NCBI GenBank assembly: GCA_045653865.1
Contig: JAZOMJ010000065.1
Coordinates: 1 to 36,480, forward strand
Direction: 5' to 3'
Origin: Eubacteriales bacterium
Lineage (GTDB): Bacteria > Bacillota > Clostridia > Oscillospirales > CAG-272
Length of the DNA stretch: 36,480 nucleotides
Below the pieces are notes generated by a model. That model saw only the letters and a list, made by a program, of their open reading frames with translations, did no database searches and had not been told where the DNA came from. Below, one piece after another: positions 26,503-34,426 of this stretch. The translations under genes and the position numbers were made by a program. Position 1 is the stretch's first letter; each line of letters opens with the position of its first letter.

Positions 26503-28251
26503 ATGAAAAAGTTAATGCTTGGCAACGCCGCCGTAGCGCAGGGCGCATACGAGGCAGGCGTACATCTTGTTTCCTCTTACCCGGGCACGCCCAGCACCGA
26601 GATTACCGAGTGCATGGCAACCTACCCTGCAGAAGAGGTATTTGTAGAGTGGGCACCCAACGAAAAGGTAGCCGCAGAGGTTGCCATTGGCGCATCCAAC
26701 GCGGGCGGCAGAGCCATGACCTGCTGCAAGCACGTAGGTCTTAACGTGATGGCAGACCCTCTCTTTACCAACAGCTACACCGGTGTTCACGGCGGTATGG
26801 TTTACTGCGTAGCAGATGACCCCGGTATGCATTCCTCGCAAAACGAGCAGGATTCTCGCCACTACGCAAGAGCGGCAAAGATTCCGATGCTCGAGCCCTC
26901 CGACTCTTTGGAGTGCCGCGACTATACCAAGCTCGCCTTTGATTTGAGCGAGCAGTTTGATACTCCCATTTTGATTCGCCTTTCCACGCGCGTTTCTCAC
27001 TCCCAAAGTCTTGTAGAGCTTGGCGAGAGAGAAGTACATCCCGTAAAGGAATACCAAAAGAACATTGCAAAGAACGTTATGATGCCTGCAAACGCCATCA
27101 AGCGTCACGTTGTGGTAGAAGAAAGAACCAAAAAGATTGCAGAATACGCCGCAAACTGTTCCTTTAACACGGTTGAAGATAACGGCAGTGATATTGGCGT
27201 TATCTCGGCAGGTATTGCTTATCAATACGCAAAAGAGGCTCTTGGAGATAAGGTCAACTACTGCAAGCTTGGCATTGTTTGGCCGCTTTCCGAAAAGCTA
27301 CTGGGGGATTTTGCCGCAAAGTGCAAAACCGTTTACGTTATCGAAGAACTCGATCCTTTCATTGAGGATGCTTGCCGCGCGATGGGCATTGACGTAAAGG
27401 GCAAGGAGCTCTTTACTATGCTTGGCGAGTATACTCCCTCTATGATTCGCAAGGTTGTTCTCGGTGAGGATGCCGCTCCCTTTGCTTCTCTTAAAGAAGC
27501 CATCCCCGGCCGTCCCCCTGTTATGTGTGCGGGTTGTCCGCACCGCGGCACATTCTACGTGCTCAACAAACTCGGTGTTACCGTTTCGGGTGACATCGGT
27601 TGCTACACCCTCGGTGCCGTTGCTCCTCTGGCGGCAGTTGATAGCACCATTTGTATGGGTGCATCTGTTAGCGCGGCACACGGTATGGCAAAGGTGCAGG
27701 GTAAGGAGTTTGCAAGCAAGCTCGTCTCTGTTATCGGGGACTCCACCTTTATGCACTCCGGCATTACCGGACTTGTTGACATCGTTTACAACAAGGGCAT
27801 CAACACCGTTCTCATCCTCGATAACTCTATCACGGGTATGACAGGACATCAAGACAACCCCACAACAGGCAAGACCATTCGCGGTGAGGCTACCCGTCAG
27901 GTAGACCTGATCAAGCTTTGCCAAGGCATTGGTGTTGAGAGAATTACGGTTGCCGATCCCTTTGACGTGAAGAATTTTGAAAAGGTTGTTAAAACCGAGC
28001 TTGCAACCGACGAGCCCTCGGTTATCATCGCGCAACGCCCCTGCGCGCTCCTCAAGAGCGTGAAATATTCGGGCAACTGCGTTATCACCGAAAAATGCCG
28101 CAAGTGCAAGCTTTGCATGAAGCTTGGTTGTCCTGCTATCAGCATCGACAAAAATAGCGGTGCGGTTCACATCGACACAACACAATGCAACGGTTGCGGT
28201 CTTTGCGTAGGTGTTTGCCCCTTTGGAGCAATTGAAAAGGAGGAGGCATAA
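26503..28251 (+). CDS. iorA: Indolepyruvate:ferredoxin oxidoreductase alpha subunit
   Basis: GNAAVA, YPGTPSTEI, NEKVA, KHVGLNV, SSQNEQD, CAGCPHR, GDIGCY, GDSTF.HSG, MTGHQ, two C-terminal 4Fe-4S motifs. Confidence 0.95.
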   Translation: MKKLMLGNAAVAQGAYEAGVHLVSSYPGTPSTEITECMATYPAEEVFVEWAPNEKVAAEVAIGASNAGGRAMTCCKHVGLNVMADPLFTNSYTGVHGGMVYCVADDPGMHSSQNEQDSRHYARAAKIPMLEPSDSLECRDYTKLAFDLSEQFDTPILIRLSTRVSHSQSLVELGEREVHPVKEYQKNIAKNVMMPANAIKRHVVVEERTKKIAEYAANCSFNTVEDNGSDIGVISAGIAYQYAKEALGDKVNYCKLGIVWPLSEKLLGDFAAKCKTVYVIEELDPFIEDACRAMGIDVKGKELFTMLGEYTPSMIRKVVLGEDAAPFASLKEAIPGRPPVMCAGCPHRGTFYVLNKLGVTVSGDIGCYTLGAVAPLAAVDSTICMGASVSAAHGMAKVQGKEFASKLVSVIGDSTFMHSGITGLVDIVYNKGINTVLILDNSITGMTGHQDNPTTGKTIRGEATRQVDLIKLCQGIGVERITVADPFDVKNFEKVVKTELATDEPSVIIAQRPCALLKSVKYSGNCVITEKCRKCKLCMKLGCPAISIDKNSGAVHIDTTQCNGCGLCVGVCPFGAIEKEEA

Positions 28252-28252
28252 A

Positions 28253-28822
28253 ATGAGCACGAAAAATATTATGATTGTAGGCGTTGGCGGACAGGGAACA
28301 CTCCTTGCCAGCCGTATTCTCGGCAATGCCGTTATCCAAAAAGGATACGACGTGAAGGTCTCCGAGGTTCACGGAATGAGCCAAAGAGGCGGTAGCGTTG
28401 TTACCTACGTTAAGTTTGGCGATGCTGTACACTCTCCCATCATCGATAAGGGCGAGGCAGACATCATCCTCGCGTTCGAATGTCTCGAAGCCTATCGCGC
28501 TCTCCCTTGGCTCAAAAAGGACGGCGTAATGATTGTCAACGATCAAGAAATCAACCCCATGCCAGTCATTACGGGTGCGGCTGACTATCCCGAAAATATT
28601 CAGGATAAGTTGTGTGAAGCTGACCATGTGATCTTTATCAATGCGCTTCATTTGGCGCGCAAGGCAGGAAACGTAAAAGCAGTGAACGTTGTTTTGATTG
28701 GTGAATTGGCAAAGAATACCGAAATTTCCTATGAGGAATGGGTAGATGCCATTAAAGCCACTGTTCCGCCCAAATTCTTAGAGGTAAACCTCAAGGCGTT
28801 TGATTTGGGCTACAATTTGTAA
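28253..28822 (+). CDS. iorB: Indolepyruvate:ferredoxin oxidoreductase beta subunit
   Basis: GVGGQG, SEVHGMSQRGGSV, NLKAFDLG; ATG 1 nt after the iorA stop. Confidence 0.95.
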   Translation: MSTKNIMIVGVGGQGTLLASRILGNAVIQKGYDVKVSEVHGMSQRGGSVVTYVKFGDAVHSPIIDKGEADIILAFECLEAYRALPWLKKDGVMIVNDQEINPMPVITGAADYPENIQDKLCEADHVIFINALHLARKAGNVKAVNVVLIGELAKNTEISYEEWVDAIKATVPPKFLEVNLKAFDLGYNL

Positions 28823-28881
28823 TCATCACATACGCGAAAAAATAAAATTTTACTCTGAAAATCGAAAGAAGGTACCATACT

Positions 28882-30192
28882 ATGAGCTTCCTCAATCGCG
28901 AAATTGAATGTATGCCCCGCGAGGAGCTGAAAAAAATCCAAAGCGAACGTTTGTGCCAAACGGTGCGCCACTGCTACGAGAACGTAGAGTGCTTCCGCAA
29001 CCGCATGAACGAAAAGGGACTGACCCCTGATGACATCCACGGAATTGAAGACATCCATTTGTTGCCGTTTTCTTACAAAAAAGATCTGCGTGATTATTAT
29101 CCTTACGGTCTTTTTGCCGTGCCGATGCAGGACGTTGTCCGTTTGCACGCTTCCTCGGGTACTACCGGCAAGAGAATTGTAGTAGGCTACACCAAAAACG
29201 ACTTGGATATGTGGGACGAATGCGTTGCACGTATGCTGACCGCCCTTGGTGTTACCAAAGATGATTTCGTGCAGGTTGCTTATGGCTACGGCCTCTTTAC
29301 CGGTGGTTTTGGCTTGCATGGCGGTGCACAAAAAATCGGTGCCACCATCATTCCCATTTCTTCCGGCAACACCGCAAACCAAATTCAAACCTTGATCGAT
29401 TTTGGCGCAACCGTGCTTTGCTGCACTCCCTCTTATGCCATGTACCTTGGCGAAGAGGTTGAGCGTCTTGGCGTAAAGGATCAGCTCAAGCTCCGCGTAG
29501 GCATTTTCGGTGCCGAGCCTTGGAGCGAAAATATGCGCCATCAAATCGAGGATAAGCTCGGGATCAAGGCATACGATATTTACGGTCTTTCCGAGGTTCT
29601 CGGCCCCGGTGTTTCGGGCGAATGCCCCGAGCAGGCAGGCATGCACGTTTGGGAAGATAACTTCTACGTTGAAACCATCGATCCTGATACGGGCGACGTT
29701 CTCCCCGAGGGCACTCCCGGTGAGTTGGTATTCACATCGCTCACCAAAGAGGCGTTCCCGGTAATCCGCTACCGCACAAGAGACATCTGCACCCTCATTC
29801 CCGAAACCTGCAAGTGCGGACGTACCCACATTCGCATGGGCAAGCCCGACGGACGTACCGACGATATGCTCATCATTCGCGGTGTCAACGTATTCCCGTC
29901 TCAAATTGAGGAGGTTCTTCTCAAGGTCAGCGGTGACCAAATCACCCCCAACTACCAAATTGTTGTTGACCGCGTCAACAACGTAGATACCTTTGATATC
30001 AACGTTGAGATGAGCGAAGCGTTCTTCTCGGATAATATCAAAGCAATCGAAAAACTCGAAAAGCGCATCACTGAAGATCTGCGCTCTATGCTTGGCATCA
30101 GCGCAAAGGTTCACCTGGTTAATCCCAAGTCCATCGTTCGCAGCGAGGGCAAGGCAAAGCGCGTAATTGATAACCGCAAGGGCAAAATATAA
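28882..30192 (+). CDS. paaK: Phenylacetate--CoA ligase family protein
   Basis: YPYGLFA, HASSGTTGK, YGYGLFTGG.G.H.G, GAEPWS, DIYGLSE, RYRTRD, GRTDDM.IIRGVNVFPSQIE, EGKAKRVID. Confidence 0.93.
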   Translation: MSFLNREIECMPREELKKIQSERLCQTVRHCYENVECFRNRMNEKGLTPDDIHGIEDIHLLPFSYKKDLRDYYPYGLFAVPMQDVVRLHASSGTTGKRIVVGYTKNDLDMWDECVARMLTALGVTKDDFVQVAYGYGLFTGGFGLHGGAQKIGATIIPISSGNTANQIQTLIDFGATVLCCTPSYAMYLGEEVERLGVKDQLKLRVGIFGAEPWSENMRHQIEDKLGIKAYDIYGLSEVLGPGVSGECPEQAGMHVWEDNFYVETIDPDTGDVLPEGTPGELVFTSLTKEAFPVIRYRTRDICTLIPETCKCGRTHIRMGKPDGRTDDMLIIRGVNVFPSQIEEVLLKVSGDQITPNYQIVVDRVNNVDTFDINVEMSEAFFSDNIKAIEKLEKRITEDLRSMLGISAKVHLVNPKSIVRSEGKAKRVIDNRKGKI

Positions 30193-30207
30193 GAGAGGAG
30201 AGAGATT

Positions 30208-30624
30208 ATGATTATTAAGCAATTGTCTGTATTTTTGGAAAACAAACAAGGTCGCATTTGTGCGGCAGCCGATCTTTTGGCGCAAAACAACATCAACATT
30301 CGTGCACTCTCCCTGGCAGATACCTCCGAGTTTGGTATTCTGCGCCTGATTGTAGATAAACCCGAGGAGGGCAAAAAGATTCTTACCGAGGCAGGATTGG
30401 TCGTTCGTGTAACCGACGTTCTTTCTCTCACAATGGATGACACCCCGGGCGGAACGCTTGGAGTTCTTCGTCTGTTGTCCGAGAGCGGCATTGGCGTTGA
30501 GTATATGTATGCGTTTGCCGGCAAGTCGGGCGCGGTTATGATCATTCAAGCCGAAGACCTTGAAGCGGCAGAGGGCATTTTGCAACGCGGTGGTTTCCGT
30601 CAAGCCGAAATCGAGGGTATCTAA
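30208..30624 (+). CDS. Tandem ACT-domain protein
   Basis: QLSVFLENKQG..INIRALSLADTSEFGILRLIV, D.PGG, EYMYAF; typical neighbour of paaK and ior genes. Confidence 0.9.
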   Translation: MIIKQLSVFLENKQGRICAAADLLAQNNINIRALSLADTSEFGILRLIVDKPEEGKKILTEAGLVVRVTDVLSLTMDDTPGGTLGVLRLLSESGIGVEYMYAFAGKSGAVMIIQAEDLEAAEGILQRGGFRQAEIEGI

Positions 30625-30653
30625 ACCTAAAGAAAATAAAAGAGGACAGTATT

Positions 30654-31361
30654 ATGTTGAAAATTTTAGGATTGGGAAATAGCTTTTCTTGGGATGCGAC
30701 AACCTATCTTGATCGTGTTGCAGGTGACCTTTACGTCCGCAATCTGCACATTGGTGGTTGCAGCTTGGAAATGCACGTTGATAAAATCAAAAACAAAAAG
30801 GCTTGGTATGAGTTCCAAGCACAAGGTGTTAAAATCGGTGAAGCAACTGTGAGTGCCAACGATATCATCGCAAGCGAGGATTGGGACTATATCACTGTTC
30901 AGCAAGTAAGCCACTATTCGGGCATGTACGAAACCTACGAGCCTCACCTGACAGAGGTGTTGGAGTTCATTCGCAAAACCTGCCCCAATGCAAAAATCAT
31001 TTGGCACCAAACTTGGTCTTATGCTAAGGATAGCACGCACCCCGGCTTTGCAAACTACAATCACAATCAAGAATTGATGTTCTCCAAAATTGAGGAGTGC
31101 TCGCACCGTGCCGTTAAGGAACACAATCTCGACGGCATCCTCGAGGTGGGCAAGGCAATTCAAACCCTGCGCCGCACCCTCACGCCCGACGGCACCGATT
31201 TCTGCCGCGACGGCTTCCACCTTTCCTACGATTACGGCAGATATGCCGCAGCATACGTTTGGGCAAAGTTCTTTGGTACCGAGATCACCGACTTTATGCC
31301 CGAGGGAGCAGACCCCGCACGCATTGCCGAAATTCGTCGCATCATCGACGAGCTTTCATAA
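30654..31361 (+). CDS. SGNH/GDSL-like hydrolase (DUF4886-like)
   Basis: KILGLGNSFS (Ser), WDYITVQQVS, HQTWSY, RDGFHLS (DxxH). Confidence 0.8.
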   Translation: MLKILGLGNSFSWDATTYLDRVAGDLYVRNLHIGGCSLEMHVDKIKNKKAWYEFQAQGVKIGEATVSANDIIASEDWDYITVQQVSHYSGMYETYEPHLTEVLEFIRKTCPNAKIIWHQTWSYAKDSTHPGFANYNHNQELMFSKIEECSHRAVKEHNLDGILEVGKAIQTLRRTLTPDGTDFCRDGFHLSYDYGRYAAAYVWAKFFGTEITDFMPEGADPARIAEIRRIIDELS

Positions 31362-31375
31362 AAGGAGAGGCTAAC

Positions 31376-32251
31376 ATGCTTTACACACTGCAAAACGATG
31401 TCCTGACCGTTCAAATCAGCGATATAGGAGCTGAAATTCATTCGGTTGTGCGCGACGGTTGCGAATATATGTGGGTGGGAGACCCTGCCTATTGGTCGTC
31501 TCACGCGCCCCTTTTATTCCCCGTATGCGGTAGGTTTTTTGAAGCCAAATACACCGCAAACGGCAATACCTATGAAATTCCCTGCCACGGTTTTATTCGC
31601 AAGGCACCCTTGGCGCTTGAGTGCATCAACAATACCTCTATCTGCTTCCGCGTAGAATCCACCGAGGAAACAAAAAAGCTCTATCCCTTTGACTTTGTGC
31701 TCAAAATTTGGCACATCCTTGAGGGTGAGAGCGTAACCACACGCTTTGAAATAGAAAACGCGGGAGATGTCACTCTGCCTGCAACCGTAGGCGGTCACCC
31801 CGGTTTCAACGTGCCTCTTGGTGGGGAAGGGGAATTTGAAGACTACTATCTCGAGTTTGGCAAAACCTGCTCGCCCAACCAAATCGGTATTTCGCCTCGT
31901 GGGCTCTTCACGGGCAAAATGACGGCATACCCTTTGGCGGATGGCAACAAATTGCCGCTCTCGCACAAGCTCTTTGAGGTTGACGGCGTGTTCCTTTCCC
32001 GTATGGATAGCACCGTCACGCTCAAATCGAACAAAACCACACGTGCAGTCACCTTAGAGTACCCCGATATGCCATATCTTGGCGTTTGGCACGCCGCCGC
32101 GTGCGAGGCACCCTTTGTGTGCATCGAGCCTTGGTGCGGGCTCCCCGGCTATGACGGAGAGATGGAAGACATCAACACGCGCCACGATATGTTCCACATT
32201 CTGCCCGGCAAAACGCAGGTCGCGCAGTTTAAAATGACCTTTCACGCATAA
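31376..32251 (+). CDS. Aldose 1-epimerase family protein (LacX-like)
   Basis: GAEIHS, W.GDPAYW..HAPLLFP, HGF.R, YPFDF, GGHPGF, FVCIEPWCG; ATG 31376 after AAGGAG. Confidence 0.9.
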   Translation: MLYTLQNDVLTVQISDIGAEIHSVVRDGCEYMWVGDPAYWSSHAPLLFPVCGRFFEAKYTANGNTYEIPCHGFIRKAPLALECINNTSICFRVESTEETKKLYPFDFVLKIWHILEGESVTTRFEIENAGDVTLPATVGGHPGFNVPLGGEGEFEDYYLEFGKTCSPNQIGISPRGLFTGKMTAYPLADGNKLPLSHKLFEVDGVFLSRMDSTVTLKSNKTTRAVTLEYPDMPYLGVWHAAACEAPFVCIEPWCGLPGYDGEMEDINTRHDMFHILPGKTQVAQFKMTFHA

Positions 32252-32281
32252 TCAAACAATCGATTGGAGAGGGAAGAGACA

Positions 32282-33694
32282 ATGAAGAAAATTTCTATTT
32301 TGCTTGCCATTGGCATTTTGTTGGGGCTTTTGCCGGGATGTGATGGTGGAGTCAAAACGCCTACTATTACCACAACCGAAGCAACTACACCAAGCGAAAC
32401 AACACCTGCTACAACCGAACCGGAGGAGACCACTTCTGCCGAAACCACACTCGAAGAGACCACTCCTGCACCGGAAGCGGACACCACACCAAAGAGTTTT
32501 CATCTTGAAATCGGCGATTCTATCGTTGTTATGCAGGGAGACGTTGGCGACAACGCGTGGGGACACTATCAGTTCCCGGGGCTTGCTTATACACTTGACG
32601 GAAACATTGTTGCCACTTGGAACTATACAAGCGACACCATTGGGGATTATTTGAACACAGTAAAACAAAAGGTCTCTACCGACGGAGGTCTTACTTGGAG
32701 TGCAGATGAAAGCTTGTGCTCCATTCCCGATAAATTTCAAATGTCTAACGGCAAGTATTTTACGGGATTTAGACGTGCCAACGCGCACTATGCAACTTGG
32801 CAAAACGAATACACCCCCGCTATGACGTGGGGAACAAATGACGGCTACAAACTCTTTTTTGCCGAGGATCTCCCCAAAAACGAGGATACCACCGTGTGGG
32901 CTTCCGAATATGATCCCACTACAGGCGAGACGGTAGAGTTTGAGTGCACCATCAACTGGCCGCACGCGGCTCTTACCGAGTTCCCAGGCGGTAATATCTA
33001 CCCTATGACACAAATGTTTAGTTTGAGCCAAGATAGCATCATTATTGTGGATGGTGTTATGTATTTGGCGATGTATTTCTATGGCTTTTATTCTTATTCT
33101 CCCACTAGAGAAACTGCAGTCAATAGCTATAGTAAATACTATTCTTGCTATGTATTCTCCTCCGAGGATAATGGACGCACGTGGAATTTTCTTTCACAAC
33201 TCACTCCCTATGGCACAAAGATCACCTTCTCCGAGGGACTTTGTGAGCCTTGCCTCAACATTATGCCCGATGGATCTATTGTGATTTTGATGCGTAGCGG
33301 AGGCCCCACAACAGGCGATAAAGGCTATCCCTGCTATTGGGCACGTTCTACCAATCATTGTGAGTCTTGGAGCGTTATTAAAAAGTTTGACGATATTGGC
33401 GTTCTTCCGCAAATGGTAACGCTTGGCAGTGGTGTCACCATCGCTACCTATGGCCGCCCCTATATGCGCATTCGCGCTACATCCGACCCAACGGGTAAAG
33501 CTTGGCAAAAGGCAGAAACCTTTGATATGTATTCCTGCGAGAATCAATCCTCTTGCTACTATACAGACCTGCTTGCTCTCGACGATACCCACGCACTCTG
33601 GATATATTCCGATTTTAAATATCCTAACGCCGATGGCGTTCCCGTAAAGTCAATTATCGTCCGTGTCATCACGGTTGTGTTTGATGGGGAATAA
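32282..33694 (+). CDS. Asp-box (BNR) sialidase-fold lipoprotein with Thr/Glu/Pro-rich linker
   Basis: MKK signal peptide plus LPGC lipobox; T/E/P linker; Asp-boxes STDGGLTW, SEDNGRTW, STNHCESW, SDPTGKAW; CEP..MRS and SCYY motifs. Confidence 0.8.
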   Translation: MKKISILLAIGILLGLLPGCDGGVKTPTITTTEATTPSETTPATTEPEETTSAETTLEETTPAPEADTTPKSFHLEIGDSIVVMQGDVGDNAWGHYQFPGLAYTLDGNIVATWNYTSDTIGDYLNTVKQKVSTDGGLTWSADESLCSIPDKFQMSNGKYFTGFRRANAHYATWQNEYTPAMTWGTNDGYKLFFAEDLPKNEDTTVWASEYDPTTGETVEFECTINWPHAALTEFPGGNIYPMTQMFSLSQDSIIIVDGVMYLAMYFYGFYSYSPTRETAVNSYSKYYSCYVFSSEDNGRTWNFLSQLTPYGTKITFSEGLCEPCLNIMPDGSIVILMRSGGPTTGDKGYPCYWARSTNHCESWSVIKKFDDIGVLPQMVTLGSGVTIATYGRPYMRIRATSDPTGKAWQKAETFDMYSCENQSSCYYTDLLALDDTHALWIYSDFKYPNADGVPVKSIIVRVITVVFDGE

Positions 33695-33702
33695 GGTGCT
33701 TT

Positions 33703-33747
33703 TTCGGGGGAACCCTTTTTGCAAAAAAGGTTCCCCCGAACCCCTTT
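33703..33747 (+). repeat. Stop-proximal hairpin repeat, copy 5 (after the Asp-box lipoprotein)
   Basis: TTCGGGGGAACC..GGTTCCCCCGAA followed by CCCCTTT; 8 nt after TAA. Confidence 0.8.
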
Positions 33748-33756
33748 GTATAAACG

Positions 33757-33790
33757 AAAAACCGCACCGTCAATAAAGACGGTGCGGTTT
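33757..33790. terminator. Likely bidirectional terminator between convergent genes
   Basis: AAAAACCGCACCGTC-AATAAA-GACGGTGCGGTTT. Confidence 0.85.
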
Positions 33791-33804
33791 GGTGTTTATG
33801 CGTT

Positions 33805-34416
33805 TTATTTTTGGGGATCCATATACTTCCAATAAGAAGCAATGTAATTGATGCCCGACCACAGGGTGAACACAAGCATCAGGACGGAGAGAACGAGGGA
33901 TGCAGGCAGATAGGTTGCGAATGCAGGGGGATTTGCAAGAGCGGCATAGATGGCGCGCTCGAGGATGCAAATGACTACGCACGCGATTTGCACGCAAGTC
34001 TTGATTTTGCCAAGAATATTGGCGGCAACCACGATGCCGGAAGAGCCCGAAACCACCAAACGAATGGAGGTTACTGCAAGCTCGCGGAAGATAACGATCA
34101 TCACCGTCCAAAAGAAAACAGTGGTGAAAATGCCGTTGACAGAGCCATCGCCCATCACCTTGTAAAGAATAACAAGGAGTGCGCCAATGACCATAAACTT
34201 ATCGGCAAGGGGGTCAAGGAACTTGCCAAAATCGGTAACAAGGTTGTATTTACGCGCAATTTTTCCGTCAAGCATATCGGTGAAAGCCGCCGCGCCAAAG
34301 AGCGCACAACCCACAAGGTTTGCCCAAAGTGCATCCGATGCCATCATTACAACAACAAACACGGGCACCATGCAAAGGCGCAAAACGCTGAGTTTATTGG
34401 GTAAATTCATTTTCAT
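33805..34416 (-). CDS. pgsA: CDP-diacylglycerol--glycerol-3-phosphate 3-phosphatidyltransferase
   Basis: NLPNKLS, TDMLDGKIAR..VTDFGKFLDPLADK, GKIKT; start reassigned to ATG 34416 after GAGG. Confidence 0.93.
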   Translation of the reverse strand: MKMNLPNKLSVLRLCMVPVFVVVMMASDALWANLVGCALFGAAAFTDMLDGKIARKYNLVTDFGKFLDPLADKFMVIGALLVILYKVMGDGSVNGIFTTVFFWTVMIVIFRELAVTSIRLVVSGSSGIVVAANILGKIKTCVQIACVVICILERAIYAALANPPAFATYLPASLVLSVLMLVFTLWSGINYIASYWKYMDPQK

Positions 34417-34426
34417 TTCATTTGCC

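Noticed and set aside
32354-32490. ACC/ACA/GAA-rich quasi-repeats
   Set aside because: Explained by the ordinary Thr/Glu/Pro linker of a lipoprotein.
8449-33747. Palindromic repeats as a CRISPR array
   Set aside because: Copies are dispersed kilobases apart, not regularly spaced, and no cas genes are present.
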